Below, in pieces: positions 29,835 to 43,831 of a DNA stretch of 64,000 bases (position 1 is its first letter; each line of letters opens with the position of its first letter). Made by a program: the position numbers and the translations under genes. Origin of the DNA: Chrysomallon squamiferum. Taxonomy: Eukaryota; Animalia; Mollusca. Below the pieces are notes generated by a model. It ran no database searches. It worked only from the letters and a program-made list of their open reading frames with translations, and was not told the DNA's origin. The DNA lies in assembly GCA_012295275.1 (NCBI GenBank), contig CM022668.1:12710001-12774000 (forward strand), written 5' to 3'.

Positions 29835-30924
29835 CTTTGTGTATCTCCTTTTATAGAATCAATTTAAGATATATTCCACTTTAGATCAAAACATAATTAT
29901 AATATTACGTAATTATAAACCAAGAAATCTGTTATTATCTCCTCATGGTGTTATAATTATGATTTCGTTGTTTTCTTTTCTTTTTTCTTTTTTCCTTATC
30001 TATTTCTTCTTCATTTTTTTCTTCATTTTTTTTACTCCCCCAAAATTATTTAATTTTTTTTCTTCAACATTTCATATTAAACTATTTTAACAGTGTTCAA
30101 TATAATTTTTAATTTTTTTTTTTTTTTTTTTTTTACTTTCTGTAAAGCAGCTGAATGTTAACATGAAAGCCTTTCAGCTGCACGAAGTATGAAATTACAG
30201 AAAAAGAATGAAAAGAAGATCAAATATTTTGATTGGAATACGCAACGAATAAAAAAAAAAAAGCAACCCTTTATCTTTGTTTTGTTTTTCCTTTCGACAG
30301 AGACACCCTGAATGGGTAGCTTGAACCGGGTGTGTAGAGACTCAATGTACAAAGGACAGCTAATTTGACGAGGAGGTATCTGCATACATATTAGCACGAT
30401 TAAGATGGTATTTTGTTGATATCAGTAACTGCGTACTAAAGAAACAAAAAAAAAAAAAAAAAAAAAAATTGGTTTAAAAAGTCAAATAAATTATCTGCTT
30501 TATTTGTTGGATATCTGTAAGTGACTGCTGAAAAAAAATTCAATATTCCGAGTTATTAATTGTTTTCGATTTAGTTTTCGGAGTCGAAGATCGATGGACG
30601 TCGGAACGGAAAACGAGTGATGTAATAATGTCGAACGTGCAAAAGGTGCAACATCGTTTGGTTTCGGAAAATTCCAGATTGTTTCTGCTCGTTCGTTCTG
30701 GTACGCTTTTATCGACGTCTGCAGTGGTGATTACTGCAAGAAGAAGAAGAAGAAGAAGAAGAAGAAGAAACGAAAAGTAAGAAGAAGAAGAAGAAGAGGG
30801 AAGATAATACGAAAAACAACAATCATCAAAGAAAAACAACGACGATGACATTATCATTGTGAAAAAAAGAAAAGAAAGAAAGATAAGAACAACAGATAAA
30901 AATAAGAACAAAAAGAACAACACC

Positions 30925-30972
<48 letters not shown>

Positions 30973-31021
30973 CATAACCATAACCATAACCATAACCATA
31001 ACCATAACGATAACGATAACG

Positions 31022-31056
<35 letters not shown>

Positions 31057-31072
31057 GAAGATAATAATAATG

Positions 31073-31107
<35 letters not shown>

Positions 31108-31230
31108 TACGATGATGATGATATTAATAATAACAATAACAATAACAACAACGATAACGATAACCATAATAATAATAATATCAACCATAACAGTAATAAT
31201 AATAATGGTAATAAAATAATAATAATAATG

Positions 31231-31266
<36 letters not shown>

Positions 31267-31308
31267 GAAACCATAATAATAATAATAATAATAATAATAA
31301 TAGAAACC

Positions 31309-31368
<60 letters not shown>
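30925..31368. repeat. (AAT)n/(AACCAT)n/(AACGAT)n compound microsatellite ending in inverted (TAA)n-(TTA)n
   Basis: Directly visible. Confidence 0.9.
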
Positions 31369-31369
<1 letters not shown>

Positions 31370-31902
31370 AAAGTGCATATTCATAATTTTTATCCTTGAA
31401 ATGTTTTCGCTATTTCTGTAACGTTGTTCCGCGGTGTTGTTCTCGTTATTCTGAAGTCATTTTCTCTCAAGTAGCGCTAATAGTTCCGGTTTCGGTAGAA
31501 TAGAACTGACTTATTTTAATTCCACGGCTTCGGCCGTATTCTTAACGAAATGGCTTCTTAGGTAAGGAAGGTTGAATGTAATGACGTTCGATCTATGAAA
31601 ATATTGCTGCTTGTTTCATTTTTGTTGTTAATATTACTGTTTTTATTTTTTTATTTTTTATTATTTTTTTTTTTTTTTTTTTTTTCTTTCTTAATGCAGA
31701 CCATCAGTGAATAAATAGAACGGCTAGCTCATCTTTTGCGGGTTCGTATTATTACGTAATATTATTACTTTTCACGACAAGATAACATTAAAAAAAACAA
31801 AAAAAACGTATAAAATAAAAAGTTGTATGGAGATGTGAAAAAGAAAATTCGTCAATGAATAAATAAATATAAAGTAAAAAAAAAAAAAAAAAAAAATAAA
31901 AA

Positions 31903-31960
<58 letters not shown>

Positions 31961-32016
31961 TAAATAAATAAATAAATAAATAAATAAAAATGAATATAAC
32001 AAAAAAAAATAATAAA

Positions 32017-32048
<32 letters not shown>

Positions 32049-32159
32049 CAACTATAACAAGAAGAATACGAACAACCACAATATGAGTAACGATAACAAC
32101 AATAATAATAAGAAGAAGAAGAAAAAGAAGAAGAATTAAGAGAAAGAATAAATGTGTGT

Positions 32160-32498
32160 GTGAGAGATAGAGAAAGAGAGAGAAAAGAAGAGAGAGAAAG
32201 AGAGAGAGAGAGAAAGAAAAAGAGAGAGAATAGAGAGAGAGCGAGAGATATAGAGAGAAAGAGAGAAAAAAGAGAAAAACAGAGATAGAGAGAGAGAGAA
32301 GAGAAAAGAGAGAGAGAGATAGATAGATAGAGAGATAGATAGAGAGAGAAAGAGAGAGAGATAGAGAAAGAGAAAGAGAGACAGAAACACAGAGAGAGAG
32401 AGAGAGAAAGAGATAGATACAGAGAGATGCAGAGAAACAGAAACAGAGAGAGAGATAGAAAGAGAGAAAGAAAGACAGACAGAAACACAGAGAGAGAG

Positions 32499-32537
<39 letters not shown>

Positions 32538-32601
32538 CAGAGACAGAGAGAGAGAGAGAGAGAGGGGAGGGCGAGAGAGACAGAGAGAGAGAGATACAGA
32601 A

Positions 32602-32695
<94 letters not shown>
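32160..32695. repeat. Imperfect polypurine (GA)n tract
   Basis: Directly visible; source of the 312- and 344-aa SL/FL ORFs. Confidence 0.9.
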
Positions 32696-32697
<2 letters not shown>

Positions 32698-32929
32698 GAC
32701 TACAAGACATTCAGTCTGGAGGTGGATGGAGTGACGCGTCAGTCTTGTGTCACGTGAACGATGGTGAGATGAACTAATCAGCAAACTGTGTCTGCACGTT
32801 TTAATGAACCAGCCACAGTTTGTAACCCGAAATTCGTGACAACTGGTCCAGCATTCAGACGTAAAATAATTGAAATAAATGAACAAAAGATATGGAAGAG
32901 GACGGTGACAGCATTCAGTTAAATATTCA

Positions 32930-32995
<66 letters not shown>

Positions 32996-33570
32996 AATAA
33001 ATAATAATAAAAAACAAAATTACTCTAAAAGAAAATAACCGCTGAAATACGTACACAAACATATTCATAAATGTATATATATATATATAACAGTTAAAAA
33101 AATATAGAATAAAATAAACAACATCAATTAAAAAAGAAGAAGAAGACAAAGAAGAAAAGTAAAATAAATAAACCGATTCCATAAATATTGGCTTTGTTAT
33201 ACAGAGTTTTCTCCCTTCCTTGTTCTATAAATAGTTTGAGTCAGACGACAGAGAAACTTACTTAGTCAAAAGATGTTGTTGCTAAAATATCAACAGATAT
33301 GGTTATTGTCAAACAGAAAAATAAATGTGTCTTTATCCCCATATATTACTCATTTATTTGTATATACAAACAGTGAATGTCCGAAACCTAAGGTTTGGTT
33401 GCTTGTTTGTGTGGTTTGTCGACCGATGTTTTGTTATTACGAAACACATTAATTTGTCAACTTGAAACATAATGCATTCTGACAATGGCACGAAACTTAT
33501 TTGAAATTCCAAATACATTAATATATACTTTCTAGATCAAATAAATAAATAATTAAAAAAAAGCTTTTGG

Positions 33571-33640
<70 letters not shown>

Positions 33641-33766
33641 CATCATCATCATAATCAACAAAATCTTCATTTTCATCATCTTTATCATCTAAATAAACCA
33701 GCTAGCCGTTATAATTTACAAATGGTGATTATCATCTTAATATATGATAATGCTGAAGAAAAAAAA

Positions 33767-33818
<52 letters not shown>

Positions 33819-35308
33819 ACATTATTTATAACGCCTGGTGGGGGAACACGTAAGGAAGGATGATAAATGTACAAGTGTGTGTGTACTGTGAAATCACAAG
33901 TAAAGTCTTCGGCTGCTGGAACCCAGGCTTGTGACATCTCGTCGATTGCATGAATAATGATAATAATGGATTAATGGCAGTTGGATTCAACTTGGACCTC
34001 GTAATTTATCGGGGAAAAGAAATAGAGAATAGAACCCCAAGAAAAAAAAAAAATAAAATAAAAATAAATAAAAAAAAAAAAAAAATAAAAAATAAGGAGA
34101 GCAAAAAGAACAAGACAGAAAGAAAGTGAAAGGAAAAAAAAAATTTTTTTTTTTTTTTTTTTTAAAAAGAAAGACAGAGAAGTAGAAAAAAAAAAAAAAA
34201 AATAAAGGTAAAGAAAAAGAAAAGAATAATAAGGTAAAGTAAAAAAGAAAAAGGAAAACAAATACAGAATGAAAGAAAGAAAAAAAGAAAAATCTATAAT
34301 TACCACAAACGAAAAAAAAAGAAAAAAAAAACACAGAAAAAAAGATATGGATCCAATGAGATAAGCAGAAAAGAACAAGTAAAAAAAATAGTATGTGATT
34401 ATAAACAAACAATAAACATTTTTAAAGAACAACAACAATAAATTAATAATAGCGGTAGAAACAACAACAACAAAAAAAAAAAACAAAAAAAAACAAAAAA
34501 AAAAAAACAACAAATGAAGACGCAAGAAAAAGAAAAGAAGAAAAGAGAGACAGCGAAAAATATTCAGTTCCCGATAAGAAGAAAATAAAACCAACGACCG
34601 ACAGAAAATAAGAGGCAAAAGAAAAATCAAGCTGAAAAAGGAAAAAAATATTTAAATAAAAATTTTAAGTAAATAAATAAATAAGAATAATAATGAGAAG
34701 GAAATGAATAACAACAAACAACCATGTCATCAAGAACGACAATAATTTCGAAAAATCAGTAAAGTCAATTAATAATAAATGTATATAATCAGACTTTGTT
34801 CTGTTTTAAGAAAACAGTTGCAAAATAGCATTTGTCCTAAATGAAAATTAATAATAATAATGATGATGATGATAACAACAACAATACAATAACAACAAAA
34901 TAAATAAACAAATAAATAAAAGAAAAAAATGAAAGAAAAACAAATAGCCATATACATCTTTCATACATAGAGGTACGCACTCATTTACTCACCGATTCAA
35001 ACATAAACACATTTATATGCAAACAAATTTAAATTTGTCTAAACTTATCTAATTAGCGATTGACTATTACATATTTATCGTCGATCTTACCTCAAACAAC
35101 AATAAATTACAGTCCACTATTATTATTACTAATACTGCTACTACAACCATCACTGTTTTTAATATATTAACAATAGATCACAAATTTTAAAAATTATAAA
35201 TACATAAAAATAATCTTTGCGCTATATGAGAAACTGTATTAAAAAATGCAATAGTTATGACGTCATAAATGGTCGTTACATCATAACAGAAATTTTACCT
35301 GTTACCAA

Positions 35309-35342
<34 letters not shown>

Positions 35343-35626
35343 AGACTGTTTAGCAAACTGAGTTTGAAAAACAACATTATAATCGCGATCCTATTCATTT
35401 CTTTTTCTTTTTCTTTTTTTTTTCAAATGGCAGTGTACGACTATTTTAGAATCGACTGGACGCCCAAGATCTGTTTGATAAAGGGAAAATCCTGCTTAAC
35501 TGGTTCAGGGTCAAATTAGCATTCGATACGACTGAGAGAAATTACTGCAATTCTGCAAAATGTCAACTTACTTCGATAACTTGTTATTGAATGGTTCAGT
35601 TCTTCTGATTTCAGTAGTTAATCTAT

Positions 35627-35705
<79 letters not shown>

Positions 35706-35839
35706 CTTTCATTTTATTTTACCCACTGAATAACAAAAAATAAGAAAAAAAAATTTAAAAATTTAAAATAAAATAAAAAAGGCTCTATATAAACAAAGCT
35801 AAATAACAGAACAATAACTAATATATATATATATATATA

Positions 35840-35912
<73 letters not shown>

Positions 35913-36194
35913 CCAAACCAAACAAACGAACAAATAATTCATACAGATATCGTCTACACATTGTGACAAAACTGTCGTTTTTCTAATACGTATAATCATA
36001 GAAACAAAATCTTTATTCTGTAACCAGAAACGACGATAGCCATACTAGCATCAATTTACTAACATTAAGGATTTCTTAATGACCTTGTAAATCGACCGAT
36101 CAGATCAGTTCTGTCTTAGTCCAGTAAAATTAATCTAGAACAAATTGCAACAGAACGTTTTACGACTCATTCTGGTTAGAAGGATAACATTAAA

Positions 36195-36700
36195 TCTGGC
36201 CACCGGAAGTATACTAATTTGCATAAATTCAAAATGGCCGCCAGAAAGTCTTCAGGGTACCCACTGACCTGGGTTTTTTGGACTTCGTTAACTGGTTTTA
36301 TCTTCAGAATTCAGGCTGCACATGGCTCTTTGAAAACGTCACGACGATATCAATTCGAAACCGACGCGGTTGCGCACGATAAAGAGGCCGCAGTTGCGAC
36401 ATGATGAATTTTCAATTACATAAGCGACGGAGTGCTGGGGATAACTAAATACGTTAGTAACGGCCACTAGCTGATACCTACCATCATTCCGTGTTCTGTG
36501 TGTTGTCTGATTATTCTATGATAAGTAAATTAATCGCCAGAGTGGGTTATTGCTCACCGAGTACGGCGTCATCCTGCGGGGCGGCAGGTTTGCGCGATCG
36601 ATTCTCCTCGGTGGGCTTAATTAGTAAATTTAATTTCAGGCCAGCGACCCACGACCGAACATCGTGTTTGTACTCTACTAGCTATGCGTGTAAAATAGCC
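36195..36700. promoter_or_regulatory. CpG-rich island with ETS, octamer and YY1-type motifs and TAAT clusters
   Basis: CCGGAAGT 36203-36210, ATTTGCAT 36217-36224, AAAATGGCCGCC 36231-36242. Confidence 0.4.
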
Positions 36701-37390
36701 CTGCTGTTAATTATCACTATTACCATTCTACTGCTGCTATTTATTAGTGTCACCAGACGATTGCTGCTGTTTATTACTGTATTATACTATTGCTGCTGTT
36801 TATTACTGTATTATAGCATAGCTGCTGTTTATTACTGTATTATACTATTGCTGCTGTTTATTACTATTACTAAACTATTGCTGCTGTTTATTACTGTATT
36901 ATAGCATAGCTGCTGTTTATTACCGTATTATACTATTGCTGCTGTTTATTACTGTATTATAGCATAGCTGCTGTTTATTACTGTATTATACTATTGCTGC
37001 TGTTTATTACTATTACTAAACTATTGCTGCTGTTTATTACCGTATTATACTATTGCTGCTGTTTATTCCTGTATTATACCATAGCTGCTGTTTATTACTA
37101 TTACTAAACTGTTACTGCTGTTTATTACTATCACTGCACTATTGCTGGTGTATTTATTACCGTGTTCGATTGATGCTGCTATTTATTACTATCACTGCTG
37201 TTTATTACTATTACTACACTATCACTGCAGTTTATTACTATCATTACACTATTATTGCTGTTTATTACTATCATTACACTATTACTGCTGTTTATTACTA
37301 TCATTACACTATTGTTGCTGTTTATTAATTTTACTGTCATTATATTATTGCTGCTATTTATTACTATCACTACATTTTTGCTGCTGTTTA
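36700..37390. repeat. ~27-30-bp minisatellite (tattgctgctgtttattactgtattatac and variants)
   Basis: Tandem units directly visible. Confidence 0.9.
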
Positions 37391-38434
37391 GAAAAACAAT
37401 CACGTGATGTCATTAAGTAAAAAAAAAAAAAACTTATTTTATTTTATTTATTTATATTTTAAACTCTTAACCTTCAAAACTGATTAAGTTAAAAATTAAA
37501 CAATCGAAAAAAAAAAAAAAAAAAAAATGACGACTTCACTATTAATGTGTCTTAGTACTGTTATTCCAGTGCAGGAATTTAATTTGAAACTTTAAATTTT
37601 TTATGTCTTATGCGGCGCAGGGTCATGACCTCTGTTCAGTGCGTCTGTCTCAAGGGTATTACTTTGTGCTAAAATAATTAATAATAATCACGATATTGGC
37701 AGCCATTCGTAGTTACGTAAAAACCTGGTAGCACTGCAGAATACAGACCGAGGACAGAAGATATGAAATTTTACTGAAATCGTGTAAGTATTATTCATAA
37801 TTTTGTTTTATTTATGTTTTATTCTTTTTGTTGTTATTCTAGGAATGGGAAATACAGAAGCATTTAAGAATTATTCTAGTTTTACACCGTTTTTTTTATT
37901 TTTTTTTTTAGTTTTTATTTACTGTGTGTGCGCATTTTTCTCTTTTCTCAAACTTTTTGTTGTTGTTGTTGTTGTTTTTTTGTTACTATTTCATCACAAT
38001 TTTTAAATTTTATATATATATAAAATTTAAAAAAAAAAAAAAAAAAAACCCTAGTGCCACCGCCATAAAAAAATAAAATCTGAAAGAGAGAAAAAATAAA
38101 AATAAGTAAATACACGTCAAAATTATTATGATTAATTATTATTATTATTATTATTATTATTATAAATCCTACTAAATTAGAACTTTATTGGCTTTGCTTT
38201 TCATTACTTTTTATTGAAATCAAAATTTTCAAATGTCACGTATTTTCCATATGCAACATTGTTCAGCGGAGTTTTCCCGACAGTCGCGTTTAATCTTTCC
38301 AGCTTCTCGACGGGAACAATTTTGATGATGATGCTTTAGCCTCAAACCACTTCCGCCTTCCGTTCTTAGAAATTTAGCATTTATTCTTTTTAATGACTAC
38401 AAAAACTACTACAAAGAAACGCTCTTTCTCGTTC

Positions 38435-38471
<37 letters not shown>

Positions 38472-39925
38472 TATTATTTTAATTAAAACTGAATCAAAGA
38501 TGATGAGAGAAAAAAAAAAGAGATGAAAATCAAACGATGAAAAACAATGGTATAATAATTAAAATAACATAATGTTTTGATGTTTTGTTGTTGTTGTTGC
38601 CGTTGTTGTTTTATTTTATTTTATTATTATTTTTGTTTAAAACCTGTAGGTTTACCTTCCAATGTTCTATTCTTGGTGTTACTATTTGAAAAAAGAAAAA
38701 AGAAATTCTAACAATTGAATGCGCGACACATAATATTAGAGTTGTTTCCCTTTCATTAGTAAAAAGCAAAATGGAAAAAAAAAGTAAAGCTTAAATAATT
38801 CTCGTTTGTATTGTCATCATCACTAAAAATTACTTTATTGCTAATTTGAATTTATACAGTTCTTCTCACCATTTCTTTTCCATAGAGTCTGTCGTTATTA
38901 TAACTGTACATTAAAACGGGGAAAAAATAATAATAAAATAAAAAAATAAAATTAAATAAATTTTAAAATTTATATATGGTATTCTTTTCATTAAAGTTTT
39001 CTTGAATAAAATTAATATCAATCTTTAACTGGTTGATTTTCTTTTAAACAACATTTTACTGATATTTAAAAATTTTAAATATTAAATTTTCACCATCAGT
39101 TAACGTTATTTAATATATGTATTTATATATATATTACTTTTTAAAAACGTTTTTGCAATTAATTCTGTAGAAAGACATTTATTTTATTTATAATTTTTAA
39201 TGATATTAATTTTGTACAATTCTTATTAAAATATTTTGGGTTAATATTATAATTTTTTTTTTTTTTTTGACATTTGTATATGTTCACAATTTCAAAATCA
39301 GCTATCTTGAATTAAAAAAATGTATATTCTAAACCATATTAGTGATAATTTAAATTTTGTACATTTTTATTTTCTCAGTTAGACCTTTTGAAAAAAAAAA
39401 AAATATTAATAATATTTATTATTAGAGATATTTATTAATTTTCCAAGTTAATCACTCTCAAATCTAGTATTACTGATCATGTAATTACCATATTTATTTT
39501 GTAAATCAATCCTTATGAAAAAAATTATTTAATCAAAAAATATTTATTTTTACTGCTACTTTTACAAACATTTTGATTTTCAGTCAACTGTCTTGAATAA
39601 ATAATTTTGAAAAATCTTGTGTTGTTATTTTTACGAAAGTATAAAATGAAGTTGTTTCTGTTATGATCAGTGTTCAGTATCAAAACCTTTCTATCTTTCT
39701 TCCAATGCCACCATTTTGATAAGAATATAGAAACTTTAAGGGAAGTTTGATCCGTATTTCCAAATCTTCGTTTCATCATACTGATCCATTCAAAACGTCC
39801 AGTACATTTTTGGATCCTGTATATCTGTATCTGACTTAGGAGACCTAGCTCAAACTCCGAGGTATGTCATGTATTGTTATATTTTATACATTTGTGTGTG
39901 TTTCTGTGTAACAAGATCTCTGGTC

Positions 39926-40319
39926 TCATTTCTCTTCACTAATTACACTTATTTCACCTTGTTCTTTATTTTCGTTCTGTTTATCAGTCTCTTCCTCCTT
40001 GGGAACAATATTACCTAATTTAGAGTCTTGAAAACGTATTTTAGATTTTCCTTTCTCATCAGCTGTTCGTTTTTGTAAAGCAATTTCAGTAATTCTTTTC
40101 TTGAGAATGCTTTTACCCACACTCATTCGAAGATGTAAAACATTTCTACCTAGATTCATTCGTTGCTGCAGAGCATCTCTGTTTTGATTCATTCTTTGTT
40201 GTAAAACATTCTTACTTTCGCTGAATCGTCTTTGCAAACTTTCTTTGCTTCTACTGAGTCTTCTCTGAACATTTTCAATACTGTATGCAGAAAAATATGT
40301 CTTGTCTTTGCTTTTTCTT
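39926..40319 (-). CDS. TSP1-repeat membrane protein, last exon (cytoplasmic tail with 11-aa repeats, TGA stop)
   Basis: Poly-T CAG acceptor, phase 2, in frame with ORF 39926..40414; assembled CDS is 1089 nt = 362 aa. Confidence 0.85.
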
Positions 40320-40807
40320 CTGAAAAAAAAAAAAAAAAAAAAAAAAAAAAGGAAATGTGAGTAAATTAAATAAATATCAGACAATGTCTCATTACAGTAA
40401 ATATAGTCCAACAATTTAATGTCAAATTTACAAAGTACTACAGGTCTATGTGTGTGTGTTTTGTGTGTGCATGTTAAATATGAATCTGTTCATATATGTG
40501 CATGTTTCTATGCAGATCTATATATATGAATAGTTTATTTATATATATTTATGTGTATGTATTATGTTTTTGATGTACTTTAGTGTTTGTGTGTGTAAGT
40601 GTATGTGTATGTATGTGTGTGTATGCATGTGCATGTGTGTGTGTGTGTGTGTGTTTGTGTTTTTAAGCAAATCTGATTGTGTACTTGTATAAGAGTATGT
40701 GTGTAACTGTGTGTTTGTCTATATGTAGGTAGGATTTTAAGAAATCATATATTTAAACAATGTGGCTACATGATTTTGTAAATCAACAGCACAAAAGACT
40801 GAGTCAC

Positions 40808-40910
40808 CTGTAAGCATCAAAACAAACAGCTGCAAGGACAACAACAAGTAACGAGACCATAAATAATACTGCAATAAGTACTCGCTTCTTCTTTATATTA
40901 ATTAAATCAC
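40808..40910 (-). CDS. TSP1-repeat membrane protein, exon 5 (TM helix VLIAVLFMVSLLVVVLAAVCF)
   Basis: TGCAG acceptor, AG|GTGACT donor, phase 1-2, 103 nt. Confidence 0.85.
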
Positions 40911-40959
40911 CTGCATTTAAAATTGAGAATAAAGAAATTATAATTTAAACAAACTGACA

Positions 40960-40999
<40 letters not shown>

Positions 41000-41559
41000 A
41001 ATCATTAAGTTTACTTCTTTTTTTTCCTCACTTGGTTTTAAGCTTTCATTGCCAGATCACAAGATTTGCCGTTGAAATATTTATAAGCTGGACTTCTGTT
41101 TCCTGATAGTGAGATTTATGGTCGAAATAGAGCTTGAATTCCATATATATATATAAGTTTAGAGACTTTTTAAATACCTTTGAGGAGCAGATCCACATGA
41201 TTTTTATGGACATCTCAGAGGCAATACTGGCTGGTATGATGCATATAATTATATCACATTTGAATCAAAGTGCCTGTCACATAATCACATAATCTTCACT
41301 GAATTTCTGATATAATACTGTTTTTTTTTTTAAAATACTGATGGGAGTAAATATATATATTTTTTTAACTACATCTTTTCATAGACAGGAAAACATACAT
41401 CACACAGAACATAGACTAGATTGGGAAATAACTCCAAAAACGTCGCTGTTGAGGACTGACCCTGCATTCTGTAATGCTTCTTCATATGTGCATTCTAACC
41501 AATGACCTATTCCTCTTTTTTTTTATCGGAATAATTAATTACATAATTACTGTCCTCAC

Positions 41560-41733
41560 CACAGACGTATCCTTTACAAACATCTGCTCCCTGCGAAGTG
41601 GCTTTTCCTCTGCACAATGGCGGCTTATCCAAGTAGTATGGGTCAATGCAATATCTTACGTATGACACTCGTTGCAAGCACAAATCAGAACAAGGACTAA
41701 GTGTTCCATTTCTGATCCAGTGGGACCACTTGC
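41560..41733 (-). CDS. TSP1-repeat membrane protein, exon 4 (divergent TSP1 domain 3: GKWSHW...SPCSDLC...RYC...LCRG...C...C)
   Basis: TTTCAG acceptor, G|GTGAGG donor, phase 1-1, 174 nt, six Cys; not in the ORF track. Confidence 0.88.
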
Positions 41734-42638
41734 CTGAAATAAGTATTTTAATTAAATAATAAATAAAATAAGATTTAATTGTTTTATCTCTCCTGATACA
41801 TATATATATATATGACCCTTCGTATTGAATCAGGGATTAAGTCCACGTTTTTGGGAACCATTTTGCCTGAAATAAATATTTTGATTAAATAATAAGTAAA
41901 ATAAGGTTTTTCTCCTCTCATAATTATGTGAATATTGTATCAAGGATTTAGTTATGTTTTGGTCCTGTTACCCCTGAACTAAATCATTTAATTAAATAAT
42001 AAAAAAGATTCATCTCTTGTGATATATGTGACTCTGCATACTGAATTTTGTAATTATAATCATAGAGGCAACAACAACAACAACAACAATAATCCACATA
42101 ACAAAAACAACAGCAAACTAATGAAATTGCCAACAGGAATCATTCCAAATACCTCAATGATCATGACAACAACAACTACACCAATATTCACTCCAATCAG
42201 TTGATAAAGGAAAATGATTTTCCTCATCCAGCATTCCTTGGGAACATGTAAGAAAAAGATTTTACAAAAAAACAACAAAACTTGTAAGATATACAGGCTA
42301 AACTAAATATACATATTTACAGAAGTGAAACTTTATATAAAACAATTAAATTAAATTTAAATTAAATTAAAAAAATAAAATAAAATAAAATAAAATAAAT
42401 AAATGAAAAGAAGAAATAGATTTTTAAAATTTTCAAGATTTTGGATAACAGATTGTAACAACAGCAGCCACTACAACAATAACAGTACTGTTAATAACAA
42501 CAACAACAACAACAACCACAACAGAAAAGCAAAACAGAAAACAGTAGATGCAACAAAACAACTGCAACCATAACAATAAAAATAACAAAAAAAAAAAATA
42601 AAATAAAATAAAATAACAAGCAAAAGCAACAACATTAC

Positions 42639-42830
42639 CAAAACAATTACGTCCAGTCAAACATTTCACTGTTTGGCTCGTAATAGCAATTCCTGAACAG
42701 TCATCTCCCCCATGCTGAGGTAGGGGGTTGCTGCAGTCACGCCCTTTAATAATTTTACGAATGCCTAAAACACAACGTCCAATACAATGTCCATAATGAT
42801 ACAGAATCCAAGTGCTCCATTTTCCATGTA
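42639..42830 (-). CDS. TSP1-repeat membrane protein, exon 3 (TSP1 domain 2: VHGKWSTW...C...C...RDCSNPLPQHGGDDCSG)
   Basis: TGCAG acceptor, G|GTAATG donor, phase 1-1, 192 nt; classic CxNPxPxxGGxxCxG motif. Confidence 0.92.
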
Positions 42831-43204
42831 CTGCAAATGGAAATAACATGTGGTTAGAGTGTTTGTTGTTTTTTAAAGAATTATACTCTTCTCCAAGTTA
42901 CAGAATATTCAATTTTTTAATATTACTATCTTGTATATGTGGGTGTACAAATGATGTTTGTCAACATTTGTGTAATAATAATAATTATAACAATAACAAA
43001 AAACTTTCTATAATAACCATTATCCAGAATCAATATTATTATTATTATTATCATTTACTATTATTATTATTATTAATTTTTACTATTTTTATTATTATTT
43101 ATTATTATTATTATTATCATTATTATAAAAAAAATGTGTTATTTATTTTTTTTTTTTTTTTATTAAAATAATAATAAAATAATAATATTAGAAATAAATA
43201 TCAC

Positions 43205-43375
43205 CTGGACAAGGTATATTTAATTTGCATGGAATAACTCTATTTGAAGTGGAATTACCAACACAACCGTTACCAGAACAATAACGTTCCAGCTTTACAG
43301 TTCTGGAACCTTCTCCACATGATACACTGCATTCTTCTGATGACATCAGAATCCAGCTGCTCCATAAATCTTGAA
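43205..43375 (-). CDS. TSP1-repeat membrane protein, exon 2 (TSP1 domain 1: QDLWSSW...CSVSCGEGSR...RYC...C...C...CP)
   Basis: TACAG acceptor, G|GTGA donor, phase 1-1, 171 nt; WxxW and CSVSCG motifs. Confidence 0.9.
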
Positions 43376-43377
43376 CT

Positions 43378-43431
<54 letters not shown>

Positions 43432-43528
43432 TTTATAATTATAATTATAATAAAAATAATAATAATAATAATGTTAACAACAACAACAAAATCACCACCA
43501 CCAAGAACAATACTAAAATAGTAAAATG

Positions 43529-43570
<42 letters not shown>

Positions 43571-43793
43571 GTGGCAATATTCAATAATAATAAAATTAAT
43601 ATCAATAACAATAACAACAATAATAACAATATACAATACTAAGAAATATAAAACTAAATACTATAGTTTTTTTCTTCTTCTTCTACTACTGCTACTACCA
43701 CTAATGCTAGTGGTAATATATATAATTTAAAAAATTGTCAAAATATCAATAGAATCAGTTATTACTATTATTACTATTGTTTTGTTTGTATGT

Positions 43794-43831
<38 letters not shown>

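Noticed and set aside
39525-39779. 84-aa - strand ORF downstream of the TSP1 gene stop
   Set aside because: It lies in the presumed 3'UTR, has no recognisable domain, and read-through of the gene's TGA meets a TAA within 14 codons
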